From positions 9,796,001 through 9,860,000 of the forward strand of contig OZ176051.1 of assembly GCA_964247055.1 (NCBI GenBank): 64,000 nucleotides of DNA, in the 5' to 3' direction. Below, piece after piece: positions 13,913 to 25,244 of the stretch (its first letter is position 1; each line of letters begins with the position of its first letter). Made by a program: the position numbers and the translations under genes. The DNA is from Paragordius varius. Taxonomy: Eukaryota > Animalia > Nematomorpha. The notes beneath the pieces were generated by a model that was given only the letters and a program-made list of their open reading frames with translations, did no database searches and had not been told where the DNA came from.

Positions 13913-14553
13913 TGTTCCTTATGTTTTATCAACTTTTTATTAATTTTATTCGTTTTTGCTTTAGTCATTTGTAGAATAAATATTTGTTCAAACTATATTT
14001 TATTTTGATGAAACCTGTAACCTACCAATAAAAGATTATAACAAAATATCTTTCGTATTTTTAACCAGATATATATTATTTACAAGTTTTTTGTGATGAA
14101 AGATTTATTCATTATTTAGTTATAATACCTGTATATTTATATTAGTTAAATACAAAAACGACTTTTTTAGTAAAGAATAACATCGCACTATTTTTAAAAA
14201 ATGGTTTTTATATCGTAATACGCCTTATATTTTTTCCTTATGTTGATCAGTTTCCCCTTATTGACGCTTATATATTCGTTTACAAGCATTGAGAAATATA
14301 AAATGACAAAAATCTTATATTGTAAGTTTGTATTTAACGCCTTTATTCAAATTTTGATGGGACTTATATATACCATTAGTTAGTGAGTATTGCGTTTTTA
14401 ATTAAATATTTCTAGAGAGCATAATAGTTTTATTATTGGTTGGCACAAAATAAAGCCAATAATTTTTTTGTTCTTTGTTGTATAAATGCTATCTGGCAAT
14501 AATTTACGAGAAACTAGCAATGTATATTTATTCATACTGTAATAAAAGTTTAA

Positions 14554-15099
14554 CACTTGGGTACAACACATTCATTTCAGCCCTTCGATTCAAATTGGGG
14601 TAGTTAAATGCCCCAGGTCTGTTTAAAATTAAATTTTGTAAAAAATATGGAAGGAATCAGAACCATGACAAAATTTTGCACTTATATAACATTAATAAAC
14701 CGAAATATAAAAAATATATTCAAAAATACTTGACTTATTTTAAGCTAAAACCGAAAGGTAGAAATTTAGTCAACGTGACATGTGTGCAATGGTAAAATTA
14801 AAAAATATACAAAATAAACCACTTTTTCTATTTCTACTTATGTTAAATGTAATTTCCCTTAAAATTAAATGAAGACGATATTTTGCAATAATTTTGCGAA
14901 ATAAAAATGGCGTTGAAGTGTTTGACATGTAATTTTTTTTTCAAAACAAAATTTTATTTAGATATTTTGGCATATTTATATAATTTTTATTAGGATAGAA
15001 GCATAAATTTAAATTGGACCGTCTCCTTCAATAGTTTTTTCAAAATCCTAACTCAAATTTAGTCTGGGGTATTTAGATACCCCAATTTGAATCGAAGCG
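14554..15099. mobile_element. piggyBac-like non-autonomous element, copy 1 (546 bp)
   Basis: Flanked by TTAA (14550-14553 and 15100-15103). Termini are CACTT/CGCTT, with an internal inverted repeat CTTCGATTCAAATTGGGGTA..CCCCAG. Homologous to 31455-32015 and 32298-32881. Confidence 0.75.
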
Positions 15100-15217
15100 T
15101 TAATGCAGTGGTTCCCAAAAGGGATGCGGAGAATAATCTAAGAGGGGAGCCAACAATTTGGAGAATTTTATAGTAAATAAAACTAGAAAACGATTTGAAA
15201 AATTTCACGTGCGAATT

Positions 15218-16318
15218 CACTGTGCAACAAAATATGGGGTCAATTTTCTGGACTCAATTTTCTAAATATTTTCTGATTCCTTATAGTATTGTGATCAGAT
15301 TTGCGTAAAAAATTTTTTTACTTACCCAGCTCGTTTTCGAAGAGTATATGGTTAATATTAAAAATATAATTTAGTATAGGAGGGTGCTTTCTTTTGATTT
15401 CCCTGTGGCATACGTACTGTTCTAAACAACTGAAATTTTATGGGTGATTACACTTTAATTAAAAAAGAATTCATTTCTGAGTATCGTAAAACTTCATCAG
15501 GGTAATAAGCTTCTTTAGATTGCACTCTTGACAAAGAGGGAATCATCCATATCCCTAAGTATATATATATATATATATATATAATGTATTTGATGGTATC
15601 AAGGTGTGTTCTTCTCTTATCCAAAAGGCATAGATTTTTCCGATTCAGAATTCAATTACAAATTTATATAAGAATCATTGTCCATTTCATATTATTTTAA
15701 AATATTTAAAAATGAAGCAAACGAATCAACATATCTGACACCATATATAGTCAAAATTTAAAAATTTCAGATGAAAAAATGAAATTAGTATTTACAGCTG
15801 AGTAAATTAAATCATTTTTTACATAAAAAAGCAACAAAAAAGCTGTAAAAATTAAATTTATTTTTTAAAAATAAAAGTCCACAAAGCTATTACAAAGTGA
15901 TATTTATATTTGAACAAACATTATTAACATCCAAGAACATATAATAAAGTTTGTTTTGTTTTTTAATAAATTGATAAAAAATATTTGTGAGAAAAAATGT
16001 TAAGTTACCCAATTTTTGAGGGTTTTTGCCCCCAACAAACAAAAAGTATTGGATATTTTGAGTAAATTTTTTTTTATTTTGAAGATAAATTGGTAATTTA
16101 TTGTAAAAATACTTATGTAAGCCACATATTATTTGTTTACATAGCGAAAAATATTTACAAACAAGAAAATTTTGGATATGTCCAAATATGGAAAAAGTCC
16201 CATATCTCGAAAACGAGCTGGGTAAGTAAAAAAATTTTTTACGCAAATCTGATCACAATACTATAAGGAATCAGAAAATATTTAGAAAATCGAGTCCAGA
16301 AAAAGTTGTGTCACAGTG
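15218..16318. mobile_element. Non-autonomous DNA transposon with ~100-bp near-perfect TIRs and CACTGTG/CACAGTG ends (CMC/CACTA- or Transib-like)
   Basis: 15247-15337 is nearly the exact reverse complement of 16208-16302. TT dinucleotide lies on both flanks, there is no 5-bp TSD, and no transposase ORF. Confidence 0.65.
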
Positions 16319-18559
16319 TTATCAAGATCACTGATATGGCAAAAATATTTCAGAAAATGCAGTTATAAGGATCTCATTGATTGGGTATAAGATAATACAT
16401 TTAACATTATCTTGGATTTTTTTGAGCGGGGGGAGCTAGTAATGCTAATTACCAACTTATCTGTAAGAAGTAAGAAAAAAATAATATGAATTGAAAGTTC
16501 TTGAAATATCGTTAGCCTATAAGATGTTTCATTAAGTCAGAAATGAAAAAGATTTGTTCGCTAAAATTTAATAAACTAACTTTTATAATACAAAAAAATC
16601 AAAACATTAATTGTAACTACAGTTTATCCAATTTCGACGAAAAGCTTTCTGAATACAATTAATGAAAAAGTTGATTAATAACCAAATTTTATTTTATACT
16701 TTCTCAAATAATAAATACTTTGTAACAAAATGTTAAAAGCAAGGATGATTTCATAATTATTGAATATTTAATCCTACAATTTTGAATGTATACCAATGTC
16801 ATTGCTTTTTACATAATATTGGAAAACGTACTGTCGCGTCAACTAGCCCTATTTGAAATGTCAATTTGAAAGAAATTAATCTTGGAGACCAATAAAAATT
16901 GGACAGGAAGCAAGTCAAATAGGAGGCAGATGACGAAAAAGCATAGACCTAAAAATTATTACATAAACTCAACAAAAGATAACAATTCACAGTGCTTCAA
17001 GGGAGTCAAATTAATTGCTTGTAATAAACCACGTCTCTAAACTTCAATGGTTGTAAATGCAAGTTTTCGGTTAAGACGATGATTTTGAAATTAACATAAT
17101 TATTTTAAATATTTATCAATGGATCTTAGTTCAGATTTTCTAGTAATAGGTCTTATGTTATTTGCCGTGTTAAAATAATATTTAAAATTGGACCCGGAAA
17201 CCTTATCCTTTTTCGAAGCTTCGTGTTGGAAACAATTAAAATTGTCAAAAGCAATTCCGGAACCGTTTTTAGAAACGGAACGGTGTCTTTTAAACGGTTC
17301 CAAAAAAAATTTCAATTATGTGAAGAGAATACCATTATTCTTTTTGTTATGAATCAACTATTTCAATTTAGAGGAAAAGATAGCATAGAAATTATAGTTT
17401 ATTTATATTCTATTTTTGTAATATTTATCCATATTTTACCAAAATAATTGGCTATATTATTTAATCGAACACAGATCAATTGATAGAAAAACAATGAAAC
17501 CGACAGCATAATTAATTTTGAAAAAAAATTGGTACAGGAACTATTCCAACCTTTTTTTCTAAATTTGTTGCTTGAAATCGAAAATATTCTATTCTGCTTG
17601 AGGTGATAACAAAACAATCAGGTTTCAGATGTTGCATATATAAAATTATTTTTTTTTCAATTCTTATCGAGTCTGAGTCTGATTTGAACGATGGTTTAAA
17701 CAGCTCGAAACTAGTCCTATATCACAAATTACCAAGGTGTGAGCCCAGGCACAGTTAAAAAGTTCCAAGCTTAAAGTAAGTGATAATAATTTAATAATTT
17801 GTATGTTTCGTATAATTTAAGGGGTCATTATCATATACATTGCAATTATGATGGGCCAATATGAAATTTTACAATCACTTTTAAAACTAATAACCACAAT
17901 AGTCAAAAACTTATTGACCAAACTTTATTAGGACATAATAATATTATATAGTCTTCAAATTAAATTATGATTATCTAAATCCAATTAAAAACCTTATAGC
18001 CAATTATATGGATCATTCTATTTAACCTCCATTTAATTTATTAATTTATTCAATTATGAGGAACCTAGTATATTTTTTTGTTCTGTGTAAAATTTATCAC
18101 TACTATATAAACAAATAAACATATTATGAAATAACCTTTCAAATGTCATGCAATTGACGCAAATCTGATGTTTGTTTTTAAAAAAATATCTTCAAAATAT
18201 TTTGGGGGTGCATTTAAAAACCCGGTAGATCAAATATTGATATTACATCATATTTCATATTTGTTATTACAACAGTAAAAATCCAATTTAATTGGTTTGA
18301 AGTTTTTTATTGGTGAGTAAATCGAACATTTATAATCGAGCTCATACATATTTTCTCTATTCACCAAATTTTGGGACTGTTATGACAAGTATGGCCTTTT
18401 ACCGTTTTTCATAAACATGTTTTTCTGATGACTTTTTTTTCGATCAAACAAAAGGGTTAAATTGTTATCAAGGTCATACATCAAATCTTATAAAAGAGTG
18501 GCAATGATTTTAACAAACAGTTTTGATTTTATATTTTCCTTATCGCAAACATTCGAAAA

Positions 18560-19488
18560 ATGGCCCCCTTGAATTTACAGAGAAGATATGCTGTTTTAAT
18601 ATTCTTCGTTGTGTCTCTTGTTATAATTGATGGTAATGTACAACAACTTTATATTATTATACTTATTGATCCAATTTTGAATTTATCATATAGTATATAT
18701 ATATATATATATATATATTTCAAACAATAATCTAGCTAAGAAAGAGTGTATAATAAAGCACCGCAGCAATATTATAAAAGGTCGAGTCTTTGCTATCCAG
18801 CCAAATCATGAAGTGTCCATTGTAGCAGGGTGTAATGCTAAAATTCGTGTTACTTATACCAAATTTTGTGAATATGGTAATTTTTTTATATATTTAAAAC
18901 ACAATGACAGATATTTTTTCAAATGACAACCATTAATGACAACCATACTTTTTTCAACCTTAATTTTTTATAAATATAATATTTAATTACAATTGTAAAT
19001 GTGTTACCAATTTACGTCTCTATTTTATACTTTGCAGTTAATAAGTTATATTTTACAAATTACTTAAAAAATTATGGCGGTTTTTGGAAAACAATACTTA
19101 TTCTTTAAATTTTAACGTTTTTTTTGTATAATTTCAAATTATATTTTATTATTCATATAAATATTTATTTAAACCTACCATCATATTAAAATAGAGGTTA
19201 GGAATGGTAAAGATTCTTTAGTGGTTACAGACAAAGTTATGTCTGGATCAGGGAGTTCAGGAAGCGGTATTGGGATTGAGAATGTTTCCAAATGGTCAAT
19301 CAGTGGAAATTATTCAATGATTATATATGACTTCCAATCACCATCTGAAAACACCACTTTTAAGGTATGTATATTATTATAATATATTTATCATCAATTT
19401 CCTCAAATTTATGTTTATATGAAAAATTATTTAGTTCCACCCATGTGATTCAAGGAAACGGGCCATATTTTCTGTGAGGAGTGAATAA
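18560..19488 (+). CDS. Orphan small secreted protein, 145 aa, possibly a divergent CUB-like fold. Exons 18560-18632, 18736-18876, 19195-19364, 19435-19488
   Basis: Four GT-AG-bounded exons with compatible phases (1,1,0) give an uninterrupted 438-nt CDS: MAPLNLQRRYAVLIFFVVSLVIIDAKKECIIKHRSNIIKGRVFAIQPNHEVSIVAGCNAKIRVTYTKFCEYEVRNGKDSLVVTDKVMSGSGSSGSGIGIENVSKWSISGNYSMIIYDFQSPSENTTFKFHPCDSRKRAIFSVRSE. It has a hydrophobic N-terminal signal and 4 Cys. Confidence 0.75.
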
Positions 19489-19706
19489 ACACGAGAATAT
19501 GCAAATAAAATTCAAGCACTTTAAATTTTCAGTTTTTTTCTATTCAGTTTACTGTTTAATTACATTGAAAATATCATTATTCCACATAATTTCAATTACT
19601 TATAATGCATTATTAATTCTAAATTCAATTAAGTTGTTTTAAAATAAACCGCATCATTTCCTGAATAAATATGATAATATCATTGAATAATTTATATATG
19701 TTTATA

Positions 19707-22001
19707 TCTATATATTTATAAAAATGGAAAATCTGGCTTTGTGATCTGTTTCCGGAAAACCTGTAGACTTATTCAAATCCATGTCGAAAATATATAATCA
19801 TTAATGAATGCCCCGTCAATGGCTTCGCCCTTTTTCTGAATCAGGCCCACAGTTCGGGCCCACCCAGTGTAAAAAACGGCTTTTTTTAAAACAGAGAAGT
19901 CCATAAAAATCGTGTCTTTGAAACAATTTTCCGGAAAACGTGTTGGAGCATTTGATATTAAATATGACTTTCACTTATTTTCGATTGCGTCGAACATAGT
20001 CGGCTCGCTTTTTTAATTTAAAACCTCTTTTTGCCCGCCCTCCCCCCGTAAAATGCCATTTTTTTCAAAAAACCTTGAATTAATTTTTCACTTAAGGTAT
20101 GAGACCGTAATTAAGAATTCCAGGTATTCCCTGTTAAAAGGCAAAAACTTAAGTCGTGCGTTTCTTTTATATTGGCGGCCGGGTAAGGAGCTACCCGCTA
20201 AAAACTGATCCGTCATATCGAAATAGCGTGCCTTTGGGGCTAAATTTCAGAAAACCTATCAGGCCATAGTTCAATCCGTGCTTGAAATATTACCCTAACA
20301 AGTCAAAATTTTTTGTCGTGCGGCTTAAAATTAGCCGTTAATTAGGCCCTTCATGCCCTAAAAAATGCGCCACCACAGAATGATTTTTTAATTTTGAGGC
20401 AATTTTTCCAAAAACTAATGAGAGCAAATGGAAACATTCATGATTCCAGGTATTCTCCGAAAAAAGGCAAAAGCGCTTTTTTTGTATCAGCCTTTTGGTA
20501 GGGAGCTACCCGCCTAAAACTGCGCCACCATATCGAAACTGCGTTGTTTAGGAGTTAATTTTCAGAAAACTTATCAAGCCATATAAGCTTGATGAGGCCT
20601 GAATTTTTACCCATAAAAATGCAAAAATTTAAGTCGAGCGGTTTTTAAAATTAGCCGTCAATTAGGCTATTTACGCCCTAAAAAATGCGCTATCGTTCAA
20701 CTATTATTTAGTTTTGTTCTTCCAAAGGCTATCAAGAACATATGGAATGAATGATGATTCCAGGCATTCCCTTATAAAATGAATTTTTTTTTATCGAACG
20801 TCTTTTTTATATTGGCCTCTGGGTGGTGGGCTACCCGCCTACAACTCCGCACCATATCGATACAGACTGACTTTGGAGGCATATAAACTTGTCAGGCCAT
20901 ATGAGTTCAATAAGGGTTTGAAATATTACACGTAAAAAGGCAAAATAAGTAGAGTTATTAAATTACTCCTTAATTAGGCCCTGGCCCTGAAAAGTGCGCC
21001 ACCATAGAATGAAATTTTGATTGAGGCAATTTTTCGAAAATCCCACGAGAGCATATGGAATCAGTCATGATTCCAAGTATTACGCGAATTAAGGCAAAGA
21101 TTTTAATCGAGCGTTTTTTTTTGTTTCACCCCTGGTTAGGGGCTGCCCGCATAAAACCGCGACACCATATCGATACAGCATGCCTTTGGAGCCAAATTTC
21201 AGAAAACCTATGTGTCTGATAAGAACATATGGAATCCATGATAATACCAGATACTTTCCAAATAGAGACAAAAATTTTGCCCAACGCTTTTTTTACCCTT
21301 TGGGTAAGGAGCCACCCGCCAAAAACTGCACCACTATATAGAAATTGCGTTGTTTTGGAACTAATTTACAGAAAATTTTTGAAACCATATGAGTTCATTA
21401 AAAGCTGGAAATATTAATGGTAACTAGATAAAAATTAGGGTCGGGCTTTTTTAATCAGCCGTTAATTTGGGGCCTTTATGCCCATAAAAATACCATCTAA
21501 TAAAGATTATTTAGTGTTGACGTATTTTTTCGAAAACCCCATGAGACGATGGTATCAAAAATGATTCCTAATATTTGACCTTTAAAGGCTTTAACTCAGC
21601 GCTTTTCCATATAGGTCTATGGGTAGGGCTCTACCGGTTTAAAACTAAGACGCCATATAAAAATGGCGTGGTTTTGGAGATGATTTAAAAATTTAAGAAG
21701 CCATACGAGTTCAGTTAAACACATTTCTGGGGAATTTGTATATCATTCTTTCCTTTAAAAAAGGACCAAAAATGGGTTACTTTTTATATCCCTTGATCCC
21801 AGCTGTGTGAACACAATTTCAAAATAAATTTTTTAACCATAAATTCGTAAAACGAAAATCTTAAATTAAATCCAATGATACTTGAATATTAACTTTCATA
21901 AGGGACAGTTTAAATATGGTCACGAGTAAATAATATTTGCAAAAACCCGTAAAAGAATAATTAAAGACTACGTCACAACGAAGCGTTACAGGGCCAACTA
22001 G
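19707..22001 (+). mobile_element. Non-autonomous Helitron, copy A, with internal ~315-bp tandem subrepeats
   Basis: 5' end A|TCTATATATTTATAAAAATGG. 3' hairpin GTCACAACGAAGCGTTAC followed by CTAG|T at 21998-22002. Inserted in an AT dinucleotide and homologous to 43304-45284. Confidence 0.85.
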
Positions 22002-22166
22002 TAAATATATAAGAGTTATCAACATAATAACGACTCCATATATACAATCCGAAAAGATCTCTTTACCTAACTATAAATGTGAGGTTGCAGAGTTTCCAAT
22101 CTAAAATCATAAATTTCATATTGGCTAAACTTATAGATTCCAGTTCAAATTAATATTAACCGATTA

Positions 22167-22209
<43 letters not shown>

Positions 22210-22712
22210 GAATCTGAGTTTATACTAAAACAAAAATTATATTTAAACGCGCACAATTACACAGGTTATAGAGTGTGCAAGGAAAAATAAAGAATTTTGA
22301 ATTTATAGATTCTTATTTTTTTGTTATAGATGGTATGTAATACGGTATTTACATACATCTCATGGTCAAGAGTAACGAGATGGGTTGTTAGGATTGTTTA
22401 TCTTCCATAAAAAGTTTTTTTAAAAACCTTTACACTTGCATATTCAGATAAAGTCATAATATTACTTTATTTTTACTGTTTTAGGTCAAGGAATAAATTA
22501 AAAGAAAATAAAAATGCGAAAAACTATATACAACCAAATGAGTTTTAATTAAATATAGCTAAAGATCTAATTTCCCTGCTAAAAATCATGCACTCTCCGA
22601 ATTTTAAAGCCCTATTTCTAAGTTATAATCGTGCAAAGTTGAGAATACTTTACCACATCACAGATTAGGTATTACCCATAATTAAAAGAAAAATGTTTAA
22701 TAGTAGACTATT

Positions 22713-24049
22713 CGAAAACTAGCCTGAATCGTGGATATCTCGGGGTCAAGAATGGAATTTAGACGAAACTGTATTATTTTTAGAAAAACTTTGGACACCT
22801 GGTTTATGAGCGCTATGGTGCGATAGTTGTCGCACAGTTCTGGGATTTGGTAAGTATATCGATTGGAATAAATTTTATTATTTTAGTAGGGACGTCTCTG
22901 TGACCCTCTGATTTGCCGGTGCTAGAGTGTTTTATCACGAGTTCCACATGCCGAGATATGATATGTAATATGAGGTGGATAATCGAGAAACACATCGAAT
23001 TTAACAAAGAATTGCATATGTGCTTTGTCGATTTTTCCAAAGCATTTGATTCCATCCAGCACAATAAACTACGGAAAGCTCTAAAACTCGGAAACACATT
23101 TAACCAACATCATATTTTCAATTTATTCAAATTCCACGACTGTATTATCTACACCTCACGGTATATCTGACTCATGTAAGGTACAAGTCGGCCTCCGTCA
23201 AGGATGCGTTTTATCACCAATTCTTTTTAACGCATACCTGGAGTGCATTATAAGAAATATCCCACAAACTTACGGCAACGTAGGTGGGAACCTACTTACA
23301 TCCGTTCACTACGAGGATGATACAGTCTTATTCGCAGACAGTGTAGACACATTATCGCAAGCCTTGCAAGTGTTTACAACTGAATGCAATAAATTTGGAT
23401 TAAATAATAATCCAATAATCCTCAACGGCAACCAGATCGAAACAGTTAGCAGCTACACGTACTTAGGTAGCATTATTAATAATGAGAACAACTCTAGGCC
23501 AGAAATAAAGCGAAGAATTGCTATTGCTAAAGCAGTAACTTTTAAATATAACAGGATTTGGATGTCACATGACATTAAACTACAAACCAAAATCAGATTA
23601 ATCAAAGCTACAGTTTTCCATACATTCATCTATGGGGGGGAAAGCCGGACACTGAAAAAAATGACGAACCTCTAATAAACACTTTCGAATTATGGGTTTG
23701 GAGGAAACTTCTTCAAACAAAATGGATAACAAAGTTTCAAACACCACCATTCTAATTAAAATTAACCCAGAAATGTCACTTCTAGGCAGCTTAACACGGC
23801 AAAAACTCTCCTTCTTCGGGCACATTATGAGATCCAGCTCACTTGAAAAATTACTGATGCTGGGGAAAGTGATGGTGCCCGAAAAAGAGGGAGAAGACGA
23901 ACTCGTTGGATGGATAACATCCACAAAGAAATCAACCAATCATTATCCGAACTAAACACCAAAACCGGAAATCGCACTGAATGGAAAAGCTTTATTTTCA
24001 ATGTTGCAGTTAGTCGGAATCGACCTTAGCAAGCAGCAACAACAACAAC
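22713..24049 (+). mobile_element. 5'-truncated, 5'-inverted RTE-clade non-LTR retrotransposon (RT pseudogene)
   Basis: 11-bp TSD AGTAGACTATT (22702-22712 and 24050-24060) and (CAA)n tail. Plus-strand RT fragments: CFVDFSKAFDSI, GLRQGCVLSP.LFN, YEDD, LIKATVF..FIYGGES, KLSFFGHIMR, RGRRRTRW. The minus strand of 22713-22940 encodes the preceding RT part CDNYRTIALINQVSKVFLKII..QASFR. Confidence 0.92.
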
Positions 24050-24414
24050 AGTAGACTATTATAATCAAATTTTTTATATTTTGCAAAAGGGTCATGCTAG
24101 ACCCATATATTTTCAGAATCGTGGACGTTGGGGAGGTGGGCTAAATTAAACACTTTAAAACTTATTGAAATACAATCTATTCCAGGGAATAACAAGTATA
24201 AAACTCTAACAAGTTGTGATATTAGTAAGGTGACCAGATTTTTTGAAGGAAAAAGCGGGACAAATCTGAGAAGGGGGGGATCATTGGGGGGTACAACCAA
24301 AATATACAAAAAATTTATTGTAATATTTATTTATTTTTAACACAAATACATTATAAATATATAAAAAAATTTGTACCTTACAAGTTTGTTGTACCTTATT
24401 CAATATTTTTACAA

Positions 24415-25195
24415 GTGCACGAACAAAGGGTGAAGTGATTGTAATATTCTAGAAAAAAATAATAAAGACGAAATCATCACAAAGTGCGCTGGGTGATGCA
24501 AGAAGCGGCACAAAAAATATTTTTAACAATTTAGCGAATAATCTTAATCAAAACATTATTGGCAGATACACAACGCTATTCAAACAGCTACTGATTTGTT
24601 ACCCCTGTATGTGGAAAATATAGATGTTAAAATGCTTGGATATTGTAGAACTGTTGGTTAGCTCTTTTGCCAGCGATTGAAATATTTATAAAAATGTGAT
24701 CTCCTAGAATCCTATTTATCACAGGACAAAGGTCAAAATTCCAAGTCAAAAAAGGTTAGAAAATAACTTTATACCATAACCTAATCACAATATTATAAAG
24801 CATCCAGAAAAACAAGGCTCAATGAATAGCCAGAATATAAAAATGTTTTATACAAACAGAAACGATTATTTGGAAGACAAGACGGTGCACAATGACACTT
24901 TTTTATGAAGTCTCATTATTAAATAAATATTATGAATGAAAACTTATATTATGGACAACAGAAAAAAATACGTAGGATAGAAATGGTTAAAATAATCATT
25001 TTTAAACAAATTATGTTCCATACAATAATATTTTAATTGTAGAATTTGCATTATCTTTACCTGAACCACTGCTATTGAACGCGTTTTTCCACAGTAAATT
25101 AAGTAAGGACAAGGAATCAAATTTAAATGTTGAATAAAAGCCATTTTATGTGTTCAAATATAATTTGATAAATTATGAAGACTTATACAATATTT
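24415..25195 (+). pseudogene. Inverted, deletion-riddled partial copy of the same hAT transposase inside the element
   Basis: For example ATACACAACGCTATTCAAACAGCTACTGATTTG at ~24577 versus the reverse complement of 26275-26310, and ATTGAACGCGTTTTTTCCACAGTAAAT at ~25072 versus the hATC region near 25410-25435. Boundaries are approximate. Confidence 0.8.
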
Positions 25196-25244
25196 TAAGT
25201 AATTTTTATTTTTTAACATAAAAACTTTAAAGAAAATATTTTAT

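Noticed and set aside
17100-17620. Moderately long open frames on both strands as a possible gene
   Set aside because: I could not build a phase-consistent exon chain or recognise a motif. The GGAACCG/CGGTTCC inverted motifs suggest a repeat remnant.
20100-21700. Regularly recurring motifs that superficially suggest a CRISPR-like array
   Set aside because: The period is ~315 bp, whole units are homologous with no unique spacers, there are no cas genes, and the context is eukaryotic. They are Helitron internal repeats.
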